From Spirochaetia bacterium (GTDB lineage: Bacteria; Spirochaetota; Spirochaetia; DSM-2461), in contig OY764216.1 of assembly GCA_963668315.1 (NCBI GenBank), positions 1,216,001 through 1,280,000 of the forward strand: DNA of 64,000 bases, written 5' to 3'. A model generated the notes under the pieces. That model was not told the origin of the DNA. It searched no databases and saw nothing but the letters and a program-made list of their open reading frames with translations. The position numbers and the translations under genes are program-made. Position 1 is the stretch's first letter. Every line of letters starts with the position of its first letter. Shown piece by piece: positions 58,649-64,000 of the stretch.

Positions 58649-60112
58649 GTGACAATTCGCAAAAAAGATCTTTTTGCCAGAAAAATAGCCAAAATCGCGG
58701 CCACTCTGCTTACCGCATCCATGATTTCGGCCGGTTCTCTGACTTCATGCAGCTTAACGAAGAAAAACCAGCCGAACATAGTACTGATTTTGACCGATGA
58801 CCAGGGATTCGGTGATATAGGTGTTTATGGCTGTACCGATATCGATACGCCCAATATGGACAAACTCGCCGGAGAAGGAGTCAGGTTCACCAACTTCTAT
58901 TCCTCTTCTCCGGTCTGTACTCCTTCAAGGGCCGGATTGCTTACCGGGTCCTATCCCAAGAGAGTCGGAATGGGTGACGGTGTCTATTTTCCCAACGACC
59001 AGAAAGGTCTCAATCCCGATGAGGTGACCATTGCCGATATGCTCAAAGAGAAGGATTACTCTACTCTGGCGATAGGGAAATGGCATCTGGGACGTCCCAG
59101 CGAAGTCCTTCCCACAGCTCAGGGATTTGATCATTACTACGGGGTTCCCTACAGTAACGATCTGGGACCGGACCATTTCGCCGCCGACCGGTTGGGCGGG
59201 CCTTTTCCCAAGCTGCCCCTTATGGAAGACGAAACGGTTATCGACGAGGGAACGGACGGTTATGGAATAGATCAGACGAAATTGACGAAGCTCTATACGG
59301 ACAGGGCAGTCGAATTTATAAACGGTCATAAAAAAGATCCGTTTTTTCTTTATCTGGCATATAATCAGCCCCATTACCCCAATATATACGGCAAGGATTA
59401 CGAAGGAGCCTCGGACAGGGGGAAATTCGGAGATGCCGTGGAAGAACTGGATTGGAGCCTGGGAGAAATTATGAAAACCCTGGAAGAGAACGGCCTGGAC
59501 GAGAATACCCTGGTTATTTTCACATCGGACAACGGCCCCTGGAAGTTTGTTCTGGATATGCCCGCCGACAAATACGGCCATTGGAGTTCCTGGTCCGACG
59601 GCACAACGGGAAGCTCCGGCCCCTTGCGGGGATGGAAGACAGAAACATATGAGGGCGGTCAGAGAGTACCGGCGATCATGAGATGGCCCGGGAAGATCCC
59701 CGAGGGAAAAGTCACCGATGCCCTGGCGTCTAATCTGGACATACTGCCCACCATCGCGGAAATTACCCAGAGTGATATTTCGGGGAATCCTCCCATTGAC
59801 GGGCACAGTCTAGCCGCTCTCATAAAGGATCCCGAAAATGAGAAGTCCCCCGATGACTATTTTCTTTACTACGATGCGGACGGATTGTATCTGAGGGCCG
59901 TGAGAAATGCGGCCGGCTATAAATTACAAATTCTGGATGAGGAACATAATCGGGGCGATATTAATGCCCTATATTATCTGCCTGAAGATATTCATACGGA
60001 CAAGGACATTTCTGCCGAGCATCCCGAGATTGTGGAAGAGCTGCTTGAAGCCGCCGGAAAGATTGATGATGATGTTGAAGCGAATATGCGTCCTCAGTGG
60101 GAAAGGGAGTAA
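58649..60112 (+). CDS. Formylglycine-dependent (Cys-type) arylsulfatase, lipoprotein
   Basis: PNIVLILTDDQG, CTPSRAGLLTG, GKWHLG, FTSDNGP, YEGGQRVP. Lipobox LTSC. Confidence 0.95.
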   Translation: MTIRKKDLFARKIAKIAATLLTASMISAGSLTSCSLTKKNQPNIVLILTDDQGFGDIGVYGCTDIDTPNMDKLAGEGVRFTNFYSSSPVCTPSRAGLLTGSYPKRVGMGDGVYFPNDQKGLNPDEVTIADMLKEKDYSTLAIGKWHLGRPSEVLPTAQGFDHYYGVPYSNDLGPDHFAADRLGGPFPKLPLMEDETVIDEGTDGYGIDQTKLTKLYTDRAVEFINGHKKDPFFLYLAYNQPHYPNIYGKDYEGASDRGKFGDAVEELDWSLGEIMKTLEENGLDENTLVIFTSDNGPWKFVLDMPADKYGHWSSWSDGTTGSSGPLRGWKTETYEGGQRVPAIMRWPGKIPEGKVTDALASNLDILPTIAEITQSDISGNPPIDGHSLAALIKDPENEKSPDDYFLYYDADGLYLRAVRNAAGYKLQILDEEHNRGDINALYYLPEDIHTDKDISAEHPEIVEELLEAAGKIDDDVEANMRPQWERE

Positions 60113-60121
60113 TTGAATTAA

Positions 60122-60150
60122 GGTAAGCATGGCGTACGGCCATGCTTGCC
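60122..60150 (+). terminator. Stem-loop after the sulfatase gene
   Basis: GGTAAGCATGGC-GTACG-GCCATGCTTGCC. Confidence 0.55.
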
Positions 60151-60233
60151 GGGCTGTACCTTTTATTTTATTCCAAAGGAGTTATAATTAAAAAGGATAG
60201 TATAGAAAGAAACACTTTGTCGGAGATCAGGGA

Positions 60234-60944
60234 ATGCCAAAAATCGCGATAGTCGAAGATAACGAAATATACCAGAGAAAATTGCTTGGCTTTATCAGAG
60301 ATTATGAAAAAGAGAACAATGAGAAATTCCAAGTCAAAGTTTTCTCTGACGGTTTGGAAATACTTGATGATTTCTCCTTTGGTTTTGATATCATCTTTAT
60401 GGATATCATCATGAAAGAGCTGGATGGTATGAAAACCGCGAATATTATTCGCCAAAAGGATAAGAATGTCATTATCATCTTCATTTCCAGTGTTATAGAA
60501 TTTGCCGTGCAAGGCTATTCTGTCGGAGCTTTGAATTACATTATCAAGCCGATTTCCGAGTATGATTTCACCCAGCAGCTGAAAAAAGCCCTGGAGACCC
60601 TGAACCGCAATAACGATTTTTCCCTCACGATTAATCAGAATGGCAATATTATCCGCCTTAATGTATTGGATGTAACCTATATAGAAAGCATGGGGCACGA
60701 CATACATATTAATACTGTGAAAAATTCCTATACATTAAGATGCACGATGAAGGAATTGGAAATAAAATTGAAACCCTATCACTTTATACGATGCAATAGT
60801 TGTTATCTGATAAATCTGAGGTTTGTTCAGAAAATTTCCAATGATACGGTTACCGTTGATGGCAAGGAGCTGAAGATGAGCCGATCCAAAAAGGGCGTAG
60901 TCAGGGATGCGGTTTTGCAGTACGGCGGGAACTTAATGATATGA
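60234..60944 (+). CDS. LytTR-family response regulator
   Basis: Receiver IAIVED, FMDI.M..LDG, YIIKP. LytTR domain YIES.GH, FIRCNSCYLINL. Confidence 0.93.
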   Translation: MPKIAIVEDNEIYQRKLLGFIRDYEKENNEKFQVKVFSDGLEILDDFSFGFDIIFMDIIMKELDGMKTANIIRQKDKNVIIIFISSVIEFAVQGYSVGALNYIIKPISEYDFTQQLKKALETLNRNNDFSLTINQNGNIIRLNVLDVTYIESMGHDIHINTVKNSYTLRCTMKELEIKLKPYHFIRCNSCYLINLRFVQKISNDTVTVDGKELKMSRSKKGVVRDAVLQYGGNLMI

Positions 60945-62245
60945 ATCTCATACAGGATATACCAAAAAGCTACACGGCCCTGGCGGAATGGCTTTTCTGT
61001 CTCGTTTTCGTTCTTCTGCTGAAGAGAAGGTTGAATAAGGGAGTTTTCATCATCGTCATGGGCCTCTATCTGCCCTTTCTTATGTTTCTTCACTACTGCA
61101 TTGGTGTTTCTGCGGATATTTACTGGATCCCCCTGATGGCACTCGCGATGGTTTCCATGTTTTTGTGCCTTTTGCTCTGTTACAGAATCAGCTTGATCGA
61201 GGCAGGGTATTACTGGGCTATTGCCTTTCTGGCTGCAGAGTTCATGGCTGCTTTTGAATGGCAGATCTACTCTTATATCCTGAATAAGGGGCTGGATGGC
61301 GTCTGGTTCAAATTCGCTTTTCTTTTCATGTGGTATTTCTCTGCCATTGTGGGTTTTTATCTTATTCAGAGAAAGTATATGGCTGAAAACGGTGTTTACA
61401 GCATTACGGTTAAGGGCTTTCTTGGCTTTTTGCTCTCTGCCCTGGCCACCTTTCTTATGAGTAATATCAGTTATGCCTATCCCGATACCCCCTTTAGCAG
61501 CAGCCTGAAAACAGAAGTTTTTTATATCCGTACTTTGGTGGATTTCGCCGGTCTGGTTATCCTGTTCGTACAACAGGATCGGTGGAGAGAGATCCGGCTG
61601 GAGAAGGAGCTCTCCAATATGAATTTCATACTGATAAAACAGTATGAGCAGTACAAGCAGTCCAAGGAGAGCATAGATTTAATTAACCAGAAGTATCATG
61701 ATTTTAAACATCAGATAGAAATTATCAAGGACGAGAGCGATAAGGAGATAAGAGATTCCTATCTTTCACAAATGGAATCGGGCTTAAAACTTTACGAATC
61801 CAGAAATAATACAGGGAACACCGTGCTGGATACGATTCTCACCGCAAAGAATATGTTCTGCGTCAAGCATAATATTAAATTTTCCTGTGTCGCCGACGGA
61901 AGCCTCCTGGAGTTCATAGATACGATGGATCTGTGCTCTATTTTTGGCAATATCCTCGATAACGCGATTGAAAGCGTGGAAAAACTGGACGAAGAGGATA
62001 AAAAAATCGTCCGGGTCTCCGTATATTCCTATAGCGGTTTTGTGATGATCCGGACGGAGAACTATTTTGAGTCTGATATTAAGATGGTGAACAAAATCCC
62101 CCTATCATCCAAAAAAAATAAGGAATACCATGGATTTGGTCTCAAAAATGTGAAAAGAATCATCTCTAACTATGATGGCACTATGAATATAAAAATCGAT
62201 GATAATTGGTTCTATCTATACATTTCCATTCCGATTCCGGTATGA
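60941..62245 (+). CDS. AgrC/VirS-like membrane sensor histidine kinase (GHKL)
   Basis: Multi-TM N-terminus, KYHDFKHQ, TGN.VLD, GNILDNAIE, HGFGLKN. Confidence 0.9.
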   Translation: MNLIQDIPKSYTALAEWLFCLVFVLLLKRRLNKGVFIIVMGLYLPFLMFLHYCIGVSADIYWIPLMALAMVSMFLCLLLCYRISLIEAGYYWAIAFLAAEFMAAFEWQIYSYILNKGLDGVWFKFAFLFMWYFSAIVGFYLIQRKYMAENGVYSITVKGFLGFLLSALATFLMSNISYAYPDTPFSSSLKTEVFYIRTLVDFAGLVILFVQQDRWREIRLEKELSNMNFILIKQYEQYKQSKESIDLINQKYHDFKHQIEIIKDESDKEIRDSYLSQMESGLKLYESRNNTGNTVLDTILTAKNMFCVKHNIKFSCVADGSLLEFIDTMDLCSIFGNILDNAIESVEKLDEEDKKIVRVSVYSYSGFVMIRTENYFESDIKMVNKIPLSSKKNKEYHGFGLKNVKRIISNYDGTMNIKIDDNWFYLYISIPIPV

Positions 62246-62272
62246 GCCAATGAATTTTACGAATAGAGAGAG

Positions 62273-63397
62273 TTGTTAATGAAAGAATTTCCCCTGCTGA
62301 TTAAACCGGCCTCCGCCGATTGCAACTTGAGGTGTACCTACTGTTTTTATATCGATCATCTGGCTATGAACAAAAGCATTGGCGGAGGGGAGCCCCGCAT
62401 GAGTATTGGTGTCCTGGAAAAACTTGTCTCATCCTACATGAGTCTCCCCTTCAACCAGTATATTTTTAACTGGCAGGGGGGAGAACCGACTCTGATGGGA
62501 CTGGATTTCTTCAAAGAGGTCGTTCAGCTTCAGAAAATCTACGGACACCCGGGAGCTTCCGTAGGGAACGGTCTGCAGACGAACGGCGTATTGATCGATG
62601 ATGAGGCGGCCCGTTTTTACAATGATTACAATTTTCTTCTGGGAGTAAGCCTCGACGGCCCGGCCGTCCTTCATGACCATTACCGGAAATACCTGGGAGG
62701 CAAGCCGACGCACAGGCGGGTCATGCAGGGTATCGATCATCTGAGGAAGCATGAGGTGGCGTTCAACATCCTCTGCCTGGTCAATGACTTGGTGGTGATG
62801 CAGCCCGATAAAGTCTATGGTTACTACCGGGAAAAGGGTTTGAACTTTTTGCAGTTCATTCCCTGTGTCGAATATAATTCCCGGGGGGAAATGCTTCCCT
62901 TTTCCATTACCGGGGACCAGTGGGGTAAATTTCTCTGCCGGATTTTTGATCTGTGGAAGAGAAAGGACACCCGCCGCGTATCGATCCGTTTGTTCGACAG
63001 CATAATGAATTATCTCGTGGACGGCACCTGTACGAGCTGCGACATGGAGGATAACTGCTGCCAGTATTTTGTTGTGGAATACGACGGCGGCGTGTTTCCC
63101 TGCGATTTCCACGTCCGGGAAGATCTGCAGCTGGGAAATATCATGGACGATTCCTGGCAGAAACTGGCGTCCCATCCTCTCTACAGGGAATTCGGCAAGC
63201 GAAAACGCTGCTGGCCCTCCGCCTGCGACGGATGCGACTATCTGCCCTTATGCCACGGGGACTGCCTGAGAATGCGCGGTGTGGGAGACGATTTTCGGGA
63301 TATGAGCGTTCTCTGTGAAGGCTGGAAGATGTTTTATCAGCATAGTCTGCCCACGTTTATCCAGCTGGCGGAAGATATAAAGAAGATGAGGGGATAG
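62273..63397 (+). CDS. Anaerobic sulfatase maturase (radical SAM/SPASM)
   Basis: IKP.SADCNLRCTYCFY, WQGGEPTL, LQTNG, Cys-rich SPASM C-terminus. Confidence 0.94.
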   Translation: MLMKEFPLLIKPASADCNLRCTYCFYIDHLAMNKSIGGGEPRMSIGVLEKLVSSYMSLPFNQYIFNWQGGEPTLMGLDFFKEVVQLQKIYGHPGASVGNGLQTNGVLIDDEAARFYNDYNFLLGVSLDGPAVLHDHYRKYLGGKPTHRRVMQGIDHLRKHEVAFNILCLVNDLVVMQPDKVYGYYREKGLNFLQFIPCVEYNSRGEMLPFSITGDQWGKFLCRIFDLWKRKDTRRVSIRLFDSIMNYLVDGTCTSCDMEDNCCQYFVVEYDGGVFPCDFHVREDLQLGNIMDDSWQKLASHPLYREFGKRKRCWPSACDGCDYLPLCHGDCLRMRGVGDDFRDMSVLCEGWKMFYQHSLPTFIQLAEDIKKMRG

Positions 63398-63426
63398 GGT
63401 TTGTTGATTATTATGAGGAGTTATCT

Positions 63427-64000
63427 TTGAGAGTTCTGTTATCCATTATAAAGCTTATCCTGGCGGTTTCCTATCTTCTGTTTCTCTGCGGATGCCCTGT
63501 AGAAGCCGAAGGGACTGATCCAGTCGTTTCGACCGTCGCAGCGGATTTTTCGGGGCAGGAAGATGACTCGTACAGGGAAAAAGCCCTGGAGTATATGCAG
63601 GGATTATCTCCCTTTGAGAAACTTACCCTCGTGTCCGGTCCGGGTAATTATCTTCCCGTAAATAACAGGACCCCTGTGGACGGGACGGGCGGTTACATCA
63701 ATGGAGTTAAGAACGACAGGATGGATCTACCGGCTGTTGCCCTGGCAGACGGACCGGCGGGGATCCGCATCTCCCCGATCAGGCAGAATGACAGCCATAC
63801 CTATTATTCCACGGCCTGGCCGGTAGCAACCCTTCTGGCTTCATCATGGGACACCGAGTTAGTGCGTCAGGTGGGAGCCGCCATGGGGAACGAAGTAAAG
63901 GAGTACGGAGCGGGGATACTGCTGGCGCCGGGTATGAACATACAGAGGAATCCCCTTGGCGGAAGGAACTTTGAGTATTATTCGGAAGATCCTCTCCTGA
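63427..64000 (+). CDS. GH3 beta-glucosidase lipoprotein, 5' part (runs off the window)
   Basis: GAGGAG RBS then TTG at 63427. My translation gives LCGC, LADGPAGIRI, WPVATLLASSWD, LLAPGMNIQRNPLGGRNFEYYSEDP. Not in the supplied ORF track. Confidence 0.9.
   Translation, partial: MRVLLSIIKLILAVSYLLFLCGCPVEAEGTDPVVSTVAADFSGQEDDSYREKALEYMQGLSPFEKLTLVSGPGNYLPVNNRTPVDGTGGYINGVKNDRMDLPAVALADGPAGIRISPIRQNDSHTYYSTAWPVATLLASSWDTELVRQVGAAMGNEVKEYGAGILLAPGMNIQRNPLGGRNFEYYSEDPLL

Noticed and set aside
58649..58750. Tat-like motif (IRKKDLF) in the sulfatase signal peptide
   Set aside because: There is no twin arginine. An ordinary lipoprotein signal (LTSC) is sufficient.
1..64000. CRISPR arrays, prophage genes, integrase, rRNA, defence systems
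   Set aside because: No regularly spaced repeats or recognisable marker proteins were seen in this window.

Overview
A 64-kb bacterial chromosomal segment, most likely from a free-living anaerobic spirochaete (inferred from the '...ANG...' signal peptides of the ABC binding proteins and the many lipoproteins). The left third (1-19.5 kb) is mixed housekeeping and envelope content: hydrolases, an acyltransferase-3, uncharacterised lipoproteins, an MFS transporter, a BMP-type nucleoside ABC operon, three tandem TIGR00266/AIM24 paralogues, HDAC plus class IV aminotransferase, and MarR/GNAT/nitroreductase. A tRNA-Gly(CCC) at 19515-19585 opens a largely accessory region. This holds two AraC-regulated carbohydrate ABC modules (lyase + GH130 + FAD oxidoreductase; BNR sialidase-like + GH106-like), a TetR/acyltransferase pair, potABCD, a 7TM diguanylate cyclase, and a GH3/GH43/sulfatase locus whose first GH3 is split by an intact IS256-family element with a 9-bp target duplication. 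Most notable observations: (1) a ~120-bp degenerate repeat built from the tRNA 3' end, its terminator and an inverted tRNA T-arm copy brackets the first ~10.5-kb sugar cassette, with no integrase in view; (2) a lipoprotein that appears to be a circularly permuted LamG domain; (3) the AIM24 triplet with a structured leader; (4) an acyltransferase-3 lacking its conserved residues; (5) several operator motifs readable directly from the sequence. All family calls come from motif recognition by eye, not database searches.
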